The position numbers and the translations under genes are program-made. A stretch of DNA of 64,000 bases, taken from IMG/VR virus record IMGVR_UViG_3300048631_000217. One strand, given 5' to 3'. This document shows, piece by piece, positions 34,186 to 43,762 of the stretch. Numbering within the stretch: position 1 is the stretch's first letter; every line of letters starts with the position of its first letter. The DNA is from a virus. Its lineage: Duplodnaviria > Caudoviricetes. The notes below the pieces were generated by a model that was not told the DNA's origin, searched no databases, and saw nothing but the letters and a program-made list of their open reading frames with translations.

Positions 34186-34209
34186 AAAAGCCGGGGATAA
34201 TACCCCGGC
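34186..34209 (-). terminator. Intrinsic terminator
   Basis: GCCGGGG/CCCCGGC plus U-tract. Confidence 0.65.
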
Positions 34210-34214
34210 CCACT

Positions 34215-34367
34215 TCATTCAAATTGTCTCATTTTTTCAAGAATTTCTTCTCTGACATGTTCGACAGTTTCGCCTCTGTATTCCGCCCTTTGAATAATGG
34301 CGGCAATCTCGTGGTAGGCTCTTAACTGTCTCGCAATAACAAATCGTTTGAAAAATCTTCGTAACAT
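34215..34367 (-). CDS. 50-aa protein (not in ORF track)
   Basis: GGAG SD; TAAATA at 34379-34384; terminator downstream. Confidence 0.55.
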   Translation of the reverse strand: MLRRFFKRFVIARQLRAYHEIAAIIQRAEYRGETVEHVREEILEKMRQFE

Positions 34368-34510
34368 TAACTACTCCGTATTTAGGTTATCCTCCCATTT
34401 TATCTAATTCTGGATTGAGCCATGCTTGGGCTTCTGATTTCTTGGCAAACCCGATAGCAATCAATGCGCCATCATTGCGGACCACCGCTCGCACGTTTCT
34501 GGATATCTTA

Positions 34511-34729
34511 CTAAAGAATGTCAAGCACTGATTGCAACATACCATAAACTTTTTTGAGAAAACTTCTTCTAGGTTTCCAGTAGAGGTGTTTGCATCTGTC
34601 TACGGCAAATGATGCCGTAATTGGTAGATATCCCTGCACCGGATCGAATTCAAGAAACTTCTCGAATGTGCAGGAACGGCCATCGTAAAATCGACAGGTT
34701 CGGCAACAGACCGTGATAGGTTTTTTCAT
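34511..34729 (-). CDS. Small Cys-rich protein
   Basis: CCRTCRFY. Confidence 0.5.
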   Translation of the reverse strand: MKKPITVCCRTCRFYDGRSCTFEKFLEFDPVQGYLPITASFAVDRCKHLYWKPRRSFLKKVYGMLQSVLDIL

Positions 34730-34730
34730 G

Positions 34731-35495
34731 TTACCTGTCCAGCCTCGTTTTCGCAATCGCGATATACGTCTCGTCTATGTCCATACCTATCCCACTGTGT
34801 CCCAGTTCTTTGGCGGCAACAAGCGTAGTTCCTGAACCGACAAACGGGTCTAATACAACACCATCAGTTTTACCGTGCATCTTTATACACCTCTTCGGCA
34901 ATTCTAAAGGGAATCCTGCCGGATGATTGAATTTTCCATCCTTATTATTAACTGTTTGATAAGGAATATACCACACATTTCCGGCACATCTTTTGTCTTG
35001 GGAATGACCTCTGCGATTTATATTTGACTTGTCTTTGAATGGAACACCGATAGAAAGCTTGTCAATATATACCTTATTTGATTTGGTAAAATGGAAGATG
35101 TTTTCATGATTGTTGTTAAGGAACCTCTTACTATTGATAGGCTTGAAATGACCTATCGTGTCATTATTCACTGATATAGACTTTACCCAACATATCCTGT
35201 TTTGGAGATAAAAATCTTCTCGGAATATAGACGCCACATCTTGAGTAATCCATGGGTCTTTACAAGTATCGCCTATATTAAGGAAAAGTGACCCATCATC
35301 AATCAAAACACGTTTAATTGCTAAAGAAACTTCTTTCATCCATTTTAGATAATCGTTTCTAGTTTTGTTATCATCATATACGCCATAACCTATGCCAATG
35401 TTATAAGGTGGTGATGTGATGACGATATCTACCGTTTTTTCGGCTAATTCGTTCATATTGGTGACACAATCGCCATTTATTAATAAATGATACAT
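34731..35495 (-). CDS. DNA methyltransferase (beta class, SPPY)
   Basis: TSPPYN, HPAGFP, DPFVGSGTT; visibly AT-rich. Confidence 0.92.
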   Translation of the reverse strand: MYHLLINGDCVTNMNELAEKTVDIVITSPPYNIGIGYGVYDDNKTRNDYLKWMKEVSLAIKRVLIDDGSLFLNIGDTCKDPWITQDVASIFREDFYLQNRICWVKSISVNNDTIGHFKPINSKRFLNNNHENIFHFTKSNKVYIDKLSIGVPFKDKSNINRRGHSQDKRCAGNVWYIPYQTVNNKDGKFNHPAGFPLELPKRCIKMHGKTDGVVLDPFVGSGTTLVAAKELGHSGIGMDIDETYIAIAKTRLDR

Positions 35496-35669
35496 TACCC
35501 TACCACTTACCTCGACTACACCCGCCCCATTCTATCGAAGACCAGTTCCACGAATGAATAGGGGGCACCGGACAGTTCCATAGCCTTCGAAAGCATGTCA
35601 GGTTTGGACAGGCCATCGACCTTGACACTATCCAAAGCCTGACGAATTAAGTCACCTACAGTCAGTTTG

Positions 35670-35894
35670 TCATCCACGTTTTGATCCCTCACACAGTTTC
35701 CGATATTCGTTAATCTTCATAGTAACGGTCGTATCACACGCCGCGCCCATGAATTCCTTCTTTGTCTCGCCATAGAGTAGGGTCATGTATTCACTGATTC
35801 CTATCGTTATCAATGGTTCGGGCGGATCGACCCAGAGCCGATAGGCAACCAATGCCACGCCAATCCCCACCACCAGAAGAACAAGACTCAACAT
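35670..35894 (-). CDS. Small membrane protein
   Basis: N-terminal TM. Confidence 0.6.
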   Translation of the reverse strand: MLSLVLLVVGIGVALVAYRLWVDPPEPLITIGISEYMTLLYGETKKEFMGAACDTTVTMKINEYRKLCEGSKRG

Positions 35895-36550
35895 TCCGAA
35901 AATCCCTTGATGATCCGTTCCGTTTCGTTCTGGACATACCGGGGATACTTTATCACATTCAGGTCATCGGTCATAGTGACATAATCACCCCACTTTTCGA
36001 CCGATACAGTATCCCATTGACTCGTAATGAGATTTTTCAGTCTCTGGGAAGCCCCGGCGGATAGGATCGGGGTATCAAGACTGTCTGCATACACAGACAG
36101 GATGTACCATGACAGCGCAGAGTCGATATCCAAATCCGACACTTCTTTATCCAAAAACGACATCAGATAGTCCGTAATGACCATCTTTTCAAGATTGTAT
36201 GCGTCAATTTCCCATTCCCTTTCAAGATACGGAACCCTAACAGGTTGGCCCATCCACAATTGAGGTTCCGTTTGGGTCAACCACCTTTCAGAGTATTGTT
36301 TGACATGAACTATTTCATGTATCAATGTGTGAATGGTTTCTGACCACCCTAGGCGTCTATTTATCTCGATATAGCCGGTCGAAGTCTGTTCACAGTAATC
36401 GGCATACCCTTTGGCACCCTTTTCTAACCCTATGAAGTCTATCACCAACAAGTCAATATCCGGTTCCAATAGGTTAAGAGTGAAGTCCGCTATAGAGTTA
36501 AAATCTTCTTTCACAAATCTTTTTGGGAATCCATTGACGACATATATCAA
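35888..36550 (-). CDS. Putative Zn metallopeptidase with an extra C-terminal domain
   Basis: HEIVHVKQY, WEIDAY. Confidence 0.75.
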   Translation of the reverse strand: MIYVVNGFPKRFVKEDFNSIADFTLNLLEPDIDLLVIDFIGLEKGAKGYADYCEQTSTGYIEINRRLGWSETIHTLIHEIVHVKQYSERWLTQTEPQLWMGQPVRVPYLEREWEIDAYNLEKMVITDYLMSFLDKEVSDLDIDSALSWYILSVYADSLDTPILSAGASQRLKNLITSQWDTVSVEKWGDYVTMTDDLNVIKYPRYVQNETERIIKGFSEC

Positions 36551-37905
36551 CTGAACCCCCCGAACTTCGGTTTCGGTTTGTCGTCGTAATCCCGTGTACC
36601 GGCATCCGTCAACTCGTCTTGTGCAGATAGATCGCAATCATACAACCGCATCTTGGCCCGGTCAATACCCACCACGAACCGCTTGTAGTAGTTGATATCC
36701 CCCCATCGGTTCTTGAGTTGCTTAACCATGATCTGTTGCAGATTCTCCAATTCTTCTGTTGACATCAACCCTAGGAACAAGTCTGCGGTAGCCGGTAGAC
36801 CGAATGATTCTGAGGTATCCCCCAATTCAAGGTCAGACGATTGATACCCCGATCTGGTCGTTTGTGTCGCGCTGATGACAGGCACGTTGAATTCTACCGC
36901 CAAACCCCGAAGTTCTTCGGCAATGGCCTTGATATAGGTGTAGCTGTTGACATTCGGCGATGACTTCAGACGGGAAGATGTGCAAATATTCAGGTAGTCA
37001 ATGTAGATGATATCGGGGATGAAGTTCTTCTTCAACCTCAATTCATTCAACAGAAACCGGAAATGGTTGGCCCCGGCACTTGCTGTCGGATATTCCTTGA
37101 CAACAAGCTTGCCGGTAGTTTTCGATTTGACCCTTTCAATTTTTGATTCAAAGGTTTTACGATCAAGACGGCGTAACTCGTCAACCGTCACGTCAAGTAG
37201 ATTGGCGTCTATACGTTCGGAGATACGTTCTTCTGCCATTTCCATAGTGATGTAAAGGACGTTGTGCCCCATCATCATGTTGGCCGCAGCACAATGGCAC
37301 ATGAAGAGAGTTTTCCCGATGCCAGTGCCTGCAAGAATAATCGAGATAGATTTCCGAGAAACCCCGCCTTTTGTAATTTTGTTAAGGATATCAATGTCAA
37401 AAGGTATCTTATCTTCTTTGGTCCTGTAGAAGTCAAACCGTTCGCTGGCATTCTCGATATAATCGTGGCCGATTGAGGAATCGAAAGATACCCCCAAAGC
37501 GTCGGACAGGATTTGTGGAATCGCGCCACGGTCAAGACTCTTATCCTCTTCGTCTAGGATCAAGATCGACTTGCGCACCGCGTTGTAAATCGCCCGATCC
37601 TGACAGAACTTTTCTGTAGCCTCTACCAACCATTCTTGATTGGTTTTGGGGTCATAGGACAGGCTTTCAATGATACCTTTCGCCTTCTCGAACCCGTCTT
37701 GATTGAGAGTCGTAACTTCCCCCAAAGCGATATTCAAAACATCCTTGGTGGGTAGTGAGTTGTATTTCTGAATGTAGTCACGAGACATTTCGAAGACAAG
37801 GCGATATTCCCTATCCTCGAAATAGTCTTCTGAAATGAACGGCAACACCTTCCGGGCATAGTCTTCATTATCAACAAGCCCGGAAAGGATCGAATTTTCA
37901 ATCAA
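36547..37905 (-). CDS. Replicative helicase (T4 gp41-like)
   Basis: AGTGIGKT, EMAEERI.ERID, IDYLNI, SESFGLPATAD, KQLKNR. Confidence 0.96.
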   Translation of the reverse strand: MIENSILSGLVDNEDYARKVLPFISEDYFEDREYRLVFEMSRDYIQKYNSLPTKDVLNIALGEVTTLNQDGFEKAKGIIESLSYDPKTNQEWLVEATEKFCQDRAIYNAVRKSILILDEEDKSLDRGAIPQILSDALGVSFDSSIGHDYIENASERFDFYRTKEDKIPFDIDILNKITKGGVSRKSISIILAGTGIGKTLFMCHCAAANMMMGHNVLYITMEMAEERISERIDANLLDVTVDELRRLDRKTFESKIERVKSKTTGKLVVKEYPTASAGANHFRFLLNELRLKKNFIPDIIYIDYLNICTSSRLKSSPNVNSYTYIKAIAEELRGLAVEFNVPVISATQTTRSGYQSSDLELGDTSESFGLPATADLFLGLMSTEELENLQQIMVKQLKNRWGDINYYKRFVVGIDRAKMRLYDCDLSAQDELTDAGTRDYDDKPKPKFGGFS

Positions 37906-38531
37906 TCGTCAATCCTTCTATAAAACACTTCCTTGCCTGACCGCTTGATCAATTCCATACCCGGCAAGAGGGTTCTGACACCTTCGTAATCACCGGAATC
38001 CACGTCTATCAAGGCATATCGGAATTGCGACAAGATATCAGAAGACCCGGCAAGCACAAGCTTTTCCGCACCCTCTACGTCTATTTTGACGACAATATCC
38101 CCTGCGATACCAAGACGATCAAGACGAAAACCGGCAACGGATATTCGGCTATGCTCGTACCGTACAAGAGAATGGTGCCCGCTATATCGACCAACATTTA
38201 AGATACACTCCCCTTCAGAGTCGGTTGCACATCCGGGGATAATCGTCACGTTGTCGAAACTATTCAGGTCAACGGATTTCCGAAGCCAAGACAGGTTGTC
38301 AGGATGCGGCTCGATAGAGAACACCCTACCTGCATATCTGGCAGCATGTAAGGTGAAATCGCCCTTGTTTGCCCCAACGTCAATGAAGGTAATATCCTTC
38401 GTCAAAACACTTGACAGAAATCGGAACTTCTCGACCTCATAGTTTTCGGCGGCGCGAGCCTTCATCATGGGGGATTCTGAGGTATCCAGATAGATTTTGA
38501 ACCCGTAGGTTTCGTATATCTCGAACCCCAT
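37902..38531 (-). CDS. FkbM-family methyltransferase
   Basis: DVGANKG, IEPHP, KIDVEGAE. Confidence 0.9.
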   Translation of the reverse strand: MGFEIYETYGFKIYLDTSESPMMKARAAENYEVEKFRFLSSVLTKDITFIDVGANKGDFTLHAARYAGRVFSIEPHPDNLSWLRKSVDLNSFDNVTIIPGCATDSEGECILNVGRYSGHHSLVRYEHSRISVAGFRLDRLGIAGDIVVKIDVEGAEKLVLAGSSDILSQFRYALIDVDSGDYEGVRTLLPGMELIKRSGKEVFYRRIDD

Positions 38532-38694
38532 CAATCCCCCATATGCCTTGAAATCACATTGACCAATTCCCAATACAAAGCCGTCTGACCATTACTCAAT
38601 CCCTTGACTTCATCGACCTTCTCGCAAAGGTCATATATCATTTCCCCAAAGATGTATGATATGTCACTAACCTTTCGGGACGGTATTTGTTCCT

Positions 38695-39462
38695 TCATTT
38701 CAGAAATTCTCCGAGATTTGTATAAGCTTCTTTGATACGGGATTGACAGGTTTCGAAATACGTATCGTCTATTTCGATACCGACGAAGTTACGATCCGTG
38801 CGGCCTGCGGCAACACCCGTACTACCAGAACCCATGGTGAAGTCCAGAACCGTTTCGTTTTCATTCGTGAATGTTCTGATAAGGTATTCTAGTAACGCAA
38901 CAGGCTTTTGGGTCGGATGAAATGTCGCATTCTCTGAGGCAAATTCAAGGATGCTTTTGGGATAGTTGGTCTTGGTTTGTTTGTAAGCGGGTCTACCTTT
39001 CCCCGGCGCATGTTTAGATCTGATGGGTCTGACAGGCCGTTCCACGTCGATATCGACCAAACCTTGCGGGTTGTATGTCATGGGGTTCTTGGCATTCTTG
39101 GACGTTCCTCCCCACGAAAACACCACGATATCTTCATGTTCCGTAAGGAAACGATAGGGGGCTTGTGGGAAATTGGCGGCGCGGCTCTTGCGCCAGACAA
39201 GGGTATACTTGAACATGTCCAGATTGGACAGGATCATCTTTGACATGAACGGTTGCACCGCCGTCATGACCACCGTTCCGAAAGGCTTCAGAACCCTTTC
39301 AAGTTCCGGCCACAGCCTGTCAAACGGAACGATAGCATCCCATCCAATCACTGTTGTTCCGTAAGGGGGGTCTGTCAGTATCAAGTCTACTGAATTGTCT
39401 GGAAGTTTCGGTAACACTTCCAGACAATCCCCCTTGTGTAAGCTATATTCACTCATACTCAA
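38695..39462 (-). CDS. DNA adenine methyltransferase (beta class, DPPY)
   Basis: TDPPYG, HPTQKP, DFTMGSGSTG. Confidence 0.93.
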   Translation of the reverse strand: MSMSEYSLHKGDCLEVLPKLPDNSVDLILTDPPYGTTVIGWDAIVPFDRLWPELERVLKPFGTVVMTAVQPFMSKMILSNLDMFKYTLVWRKSRAANFPQAPYRFLTEHEDIVVFSWGGTSKNAKNPMTYNPQGLVDIDVERPVRPIRSKHAPGKGRPAYKQTKTNYPKSILEFASENATFHPTQKPVALLEYLIRTFTNENETVLDFTMGSGSTGVAAGRTDRNFVGIEIDDTYFETCQSRIKEAYTNLGEFLK

Positions 39463-40513
39463 TCACGCTATCATCGAACAGTTTAACGCCCTCATTTGAC
39501 AGGGTATAGGCTTCGTTAATTTTCTTAGGAAATTCTGTCTCGGTCAACAGGTATTTCCAGTATTCAGCATCTTCCTCTAACTCAGCCTTCCGATAATTCT
39601 TCTCATCAGTGATTTCGCCCGTGTCACCATTGACCTTGTTATACCAACCCTGTTTCGGCTTGTGGATATACCCGAGTGCTAGGGCTAGGTCAAACAGTCC
39701 CGACCATTTTTTCACGCCCCCTGAGAACGATACCGAAATCGGAATTTTCGACCCCTCGCGAACGTGACGCGACTTCTCGATATTGATGATGAAGTCGTAT
39801 CCGGTAATTTCCTTGGTCGCGGTATCCTTGTCCTGTCGCCGCCCGATGATCCAGATAGCATCTGCGGAATAGTAACCGCCCGTGCCGCCACTCACAACGT
39901 CCTTGGCATACATTTCCAACGTCTTGTATGTGTGGTTGATGACAACCATTGGGATGTCTTTGAGGTTCAGGTGTGGCGTGATGATTCGAAAAAGGCTCTT
40001 GAGTTGCTTGGCGCGTGTCATGTCCGCGACAGCCTTTTCGTCAATCGCGTCCTCAACTTCTTTCTTGGATGCAAGGTTGCCGACAGAATCGACAAGGATC
40101 AACAGCTTGTCGCCCTTGACAATTTCTTTTAACTGGTTTGCAATGTCGAACTTGAATTCTTCGATGTTCTCTAATGGTGAGTGAATAACCCGGTCCATGT
40201 CAATCCCGAAACTCTGGAAGTAGGTTTCAGGAGATCCGAACTCGGAATCGTAGAACAGTATATACCCGTCTGGATACTGTTTTTGGAATGCCGCCGCCAT
40301 GATCAAAGCAAAGGCGGTTTTGAAGTGTTTCGAAGGGCCGGCCAACATCAGCATACCCGGCAATAACCCGCCTGACACCTTACCAGACAAGGCAACGTTG
40401 ATCATTGGGACGTTGGTAACGACACTTTCCTTCTTACCAAATACCTCGGAATCCTTGATCATGGATGTTCCCTTGATCTTTGAATTCTTTAACAACTTAT
40501 CGGCTAATGACAT
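39449..40513 (-). CDS. uvsX: RecA-like recombinase UvsX
   Basis: GPSKHFKT, YDSEFG, DSVGNLASKKE, DMTRAK. Confidence 0.96.
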   Translation of the reverse strand: MSLADKLLKNSKIKGTSMIKDSEVFGKKESVVTNVPMINVALSGKVSGGLLPGMLMLAGPSKHFKTAFALIMAAAFQKQYPDGYILFYDSEFGSPETYFQSFGIDMDRVIHSPLENIEEFKFDIANQLKEIVKGDKLLILVDSVGNLASKKEVEDAIDEKAVADMTRAKQLKSLFRIITPHLNLKDIPMVVINHTYKTLEMYAKDVVSGGTGGYYSADAIWIIGRRQDKDTATKEITGYDFIINIEKSRHVREGSKIPISVSFSGGVKKWSGLFDLALALGYIHKPKQGWYNKVNGDTGEITDEKNYRKAELEEDAEYWKYLLTETEFPKKINEAYTLSNEGVKLFDDSVIEYE

Positions 40514-40530
40514 AGATACCTCATATTTTG

Positions 40531-40565
40531 AAAAAATTACGGAAGCCCCGTGAGGCTTCCGTTTC
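40531..40565. terminator. Terminator hairpin
   Basis: CGGAAGCC/GGCTTCCG flanked by A/T tracts. Confidence 0.65.
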
Positions 40566-40587
40566 TGTTTAGGGATATGTCGGGGAT

Positions 40588-41748
40588 TTACTTGACCCGG
40601 CAGTTCGTCAGAACCGTTTGACTGATCCCGTTGTAGACCTTGTGTTCCTTGACCGTCCCGTCAAGCACCACATCATCCCCTTCGTCGGCGGTTGCGGCTC
40701 CGGTGAACCACACCATTACATTGCCGTTGTCATCCTTCATCGACAGAAGGTAACGGTCGCCGTAGGCACCACATCCGAGATACACCACCCGCTCAACCCG
40801 CAGTTTCAGACCCCGCAGGCGTTCCTTGACGCTACCGACAAAGGCCGACTGAGCCGCCGCTTTCGCGGTGTTTTCCAACTTGGCCTTTTCCCGAATGGCC
40901 ACCGAAACTGCGGCAACCGCGATCCCAAAGTGGTCAAGGTCGATGTAGTCACCAAGGATGATCAGCCGGGCATTTTCCATGAAATCGTTGTCGAACTTTT
41001 CGTCCTGACGAAACTTTTCCATGGTCATCCGGGCAATTTCCGCGTCCTTTTCGTCGGTATCGACGCGGTATTCCGGGTAGCCCCGCATATCGGCCTTCAC
41101 GTCATCTGCCGTGGTAGAGATACCCTGATCCAGCGCCACTTTCTTCGACACGAAACCGTTCTTCCGAATGTGGGCGGCAGCTTTACTTAGTACGGTTTCG
41201 GTGCGGAAGCTATTGGAACCGAACCCCATGGCCCAATCTTCTTCGTTGCCGATTTCTTCCCGAAGGTCCATGAACATTGCGACCCGCTGAGCAACCGTTT
41301 TCGGATCATCGCAGCCCGTGAAATCCCGAAGGCACGTCCGACCGACCGCGATTTGCTTGCCGTCCTTTTCGAAGACATAGAGATCTTTCCGATAACGGTT
41401 GATCTGGCAATGTTCGCAAAAGGTTCCATGTTCGCGGAACCGGGCGTCAATTTCATGGCCCGGAATGGTGTGGATCAGGCAGTTGCCGTTTTCACCAATC
41501 GGCTCAATCCGGCCCATCAGCTTCCAACCGTCCTGATAGAGCGGTGCGCGACCGACCACGATCAGCGGATAAAAGACCATGGCGATTTTGTCGCCACTCG
41601 GGCCGGTGATCTTGTGGGTTTCGGCTTCACCGAAATGCAGGATGATATCGCCGTTACCGTATTTCTTGGCGCGTTTCTGAAGCTTGGCGACACGCGCCTT
41701 GACGGCCTCGACGCGGCTTGCGGGAACAAGGATGACATCACGAAACAT
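40588..41748 (-). CDS. Early protein with Zn-binding motif and C-terminal OB-fold-like domain
   Basis: CEHC...VGRTCL; GTVKEH..Y.G..QT.L; own early promoter. Confidence 0.8.
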   Translation of the reverse strand: MFRDVILVPASRVEAVKARVAKLQKRAKKYGNGDIILHFGEAETHKITGPSGDKIAMVFYPLIVVGRAPLYQDGWKLMGRIEPIGENGNCLIHTIPGHEIDARFREHGTFCEHCQINRYRKDLYVFEKDGKQIAVGRTCLRDFTGCDDPKTVAQRVAMFMDLREEIGNEEDWAMGFGSNSFRTETVLSKAAAHIRKNGFVSKKVALDQGISTTADDVKADMRGYPEYRVDTDEKDAEIARMTMEKFRQDEKFDNDFMENARLIILGDYIDLDHFGIAVAAVSVAIREKAKLENTAKAAAQSAFVGSVKERLRGLKLRVERVVYLGCGAYGDRYLLSMKDDNGNVMVWFTGAATADEGDDVVLDGTVKEHKVYNGISQTVLTNCRVK

Positions 41749-41759
41749 GTTGTACCTCT

Positions 41760-41808
41760 TTTCTATCGCTTACATGATGAATATAGGCGCAAGAAAACGG
41801 TTTGTCAA
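41760..41808 (-). promoter_or_regulatory. Early promoter cassette
   Basis: TTGACA-N17-TATATT plus CATGTAAGCGATAGAAA leader. Confidence 0.8.
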
Positions 41809-42119
41809 CTATCTGATTGAAGATATTTCTCAAGTTTTGTGTATTTTTTGCGGATCGCTTCGCTGATATCTTCTTTTGACAAAATTCCCCGCCCGGTCAA
41901 GGTTTCCACTACTGCAATCAAGTCACCGACTTCTTCCGAGATACGTTCGGTGTTCGTTAGAGGTTGACCCGGTTGCACTTCACTCAACCCGAAACGTAGG
42001 GCTTTACTGACACGTTGGCCGACCTCACAACATTCTTCTGCAAGAATGGTCAACAATTCCCGATCAAGACCTTCGGGCGGGGATTCCGGGCTTACGAACT
42101 TAATGGTATTTTCTGTCAT
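41805..42119 (-). CDS. MazG-like nucleotide pyrophosphohydrolase
   Basis: LAEECCEV.Q..SK.LRFG; EEVGDL. Confidence 0.8.
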   Translation of the reverse strand: MTENTIKFVSPESPPEGLDRELLTILAEECCEVGQRVSKALRFGLSEVQPGQPLTNTERISEEVGDLIAVVETLTGRGILSKEDISEAIRKKYTKLEKYLQSDS

Positions 42120-42697
42120 CCCAAAACCTGATCATATTCAGAACCTTTAACAAATTTGTAAACTTTGGCATTCCCATAAATCCGCGAGAAACCATAGACT
42201 TGAGCATCACCGTAAACCTGAGCATCACCGTAAACCTGAGACTTTCCAGAAATTTTAGCATCCCCGTAAACCTGAGCATTCTCGAAAATCTGAGCATACC
42301 CGGAAACCTGAGCATTCCCGTAAATCTGAGCAATCCCGGAAATCTTCGCCCACCAGAAAACTTGAGAATTCCCGGAAACCCAAGCATCCCCGAAAACATG
42401 TGCATAACCGGAAACACGAGCATTCTCGGAAACCCAAGCATTCTCGGAAACCCAAGCATTCTCGGAAACATGAGCCTTCCCAAAAACACGAGCATCCGGC
42501 CCGACATAGGCGGTTTCGGCGACATACGCGGTGTCCGCGACCCATCCGCCGCCGTTCGGGTGTCGGTGGGCCGGTACAGGGCCTTGGCCGTCTTCAAAGT
42601 CAAACAGGTGACGGCATTCAGCTTTCCCATCAATTTTTTCAAGGAAATCCTGAAGTTCATCAACAGTCTTGAACTCGAATGATACAGTCAGATTCAT
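42116..42697 (-). CDS. Hexapeptide-repeat (LbH) protein, copy 3
   Basis: HPNGGGWVADTA cap after an extra ~30-aa N-terminus. Confidence 0.85.
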   Translation of the reverse strand: MNLTVSFEFKTVDELQDFLEKIDGKAECRHLFDFEDGQGPVPAHRHPNGGGWVADTAYVAETAYVGPDARVFGKAHVSENAWVSENAWVSENARVSGYAHVFGDAWVSGNSQVFWWAKISGIAQIYGNAQVSGYAQIFENAQVYGDAKISGKSQVYGDAQVYGDAQVYGFSRIYGNAKVYKFVKGSEYDQVLG

Positions 42698-42740
42698 GAA
42701 AGTCTCCCGTAAACCTTGCTAAGACGTAGAAGCAGGGGCT

Positions 42741-43283
42741 TTATGCCCCTGCCCCTTCTTCTGCCCCCGCATTTTCAGCATCTGCCGCATCGTCTTCAGC
42801 AAGTGCCGCCTCTTCCGGCAGAGGTTCGCCCACCGGCCAGTAGCCCGTTCCGGTATTGGCGATCTTGTCCTTCATCAGCCACAGCTTGTTGCGCAGGAAG
42901 GCGATTTCATCCTTCGAGTCAAACACCATACCCTCCGTACGCATCATGATCAGGATTTGGTCAAGCGGCAGGGGTTCGCCAGCGGCCTTCACGATTTCGA
43001 TAGCCTTTTCGGCAATCGATTCCTTATCCGGGTTGTTGCTCTTGCGACCGCGACGGCCCGGCGTCGGCGCACGAGACAGGGCTTGTGCGATGTCCGAAAA
43101 ATCGCCGGCATCCTTGTCGCGCATCTTGATCGACATGTTCAGGAAAGCCACGGTTTGCGAACGTTCGCGGTTCAGAAGGTCGATTTCACGCTTTTCGCGT
43201 TCCATGTTTTCCACGATAGCCTTCAGGCGGTCATCAATGGCCTTGATGCGCGTTTCGGCAGCTTTGATTGGCGACTTCGACAT
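42741..43283 (-). CDS. Coiled-coil plus winged-helix-like protein
   Basis: N-terminal heptads; C-terminal GEPL...G.W; AAAGGA SD. Confidence 0.7.
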   Translation of the reverse strand: MSKSPIKAAETRIKAIDDRLKAIVENMEREKREIDLLNRERSQTVAFLNMSIKMRDKDAGDFSDIAQALSRAPTPGRRGRKSNNPDKESIAEKAIEIVKAAGEPLPLDQILIMMRTEGMVFDSKDEIAFLRNKLWLMKDKIANTGTGYWPVGEPLPEEAALAEDDAADAENAGAEEGAGA

Positions 43284-43420
43284 TTGGTTAGTTCCTTTCA
43301 AGTTGGTTCGTTTCGATGACCAACATATAACCGGGCAACCATAACCCGACAAGAGGAAAAATCGAAAAACATCACACCATTACCGCGCAATATATACAAC
43401 CTATTGATATACCTATGTTT

Positions 43421-43762
43421 TTAGTCGTCAAAAAATGCGGACAACCCGACCGAAACCGGGGCTTTCTCGGGCATGTCTGCCCCATACTGTCGCAGATGTC
43501 CTAGCGCATCTGTCACGATGGATGGCAGTTTGGTAGGGGCCAGTAGGGTTCCGGCGTCAAGTTCCTCAGCCGTGATCAGTGACTTGTGGCGGTGTTTGAT
43601 ATCAGACCAATGCTGCAACATGTACTTGGCCAGAGAGTCAAAAGCAGAATCCGTCAGAATCGGGGAATCCTCGACATAATAGGCAACAGACGCCATTAGA
43701 TACCAAGGGACAGTCATGTTCTTGTTATGTTCAACAATCCCCCACATGGAGTCATCCATCAT
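43421..43762 (-). CDS. Protein resembling the NAD-dependent DNA ligase N-terminal (Ia) domain
   Basis: YYVEDSPILTDSAFD. Confidence 0.7.
   Translation of the reverse strand: MMDDSMWGIVEHNKNMTVPWYLMASVAYYVEDSPILTDSAFDSLAKYMLQHWSDIKHRHKSLITAEELDAGTLLAPTKLPSIVTDALGHLRQYGADMPEKAPVSVGLSAFFDD

Noticed and set aside
14240-42697. Diversity-generating retroelement as the source of the repeated modules
   Set aside because: No reverse transcriptase in the window, and differences between copies are not adenine-specific.
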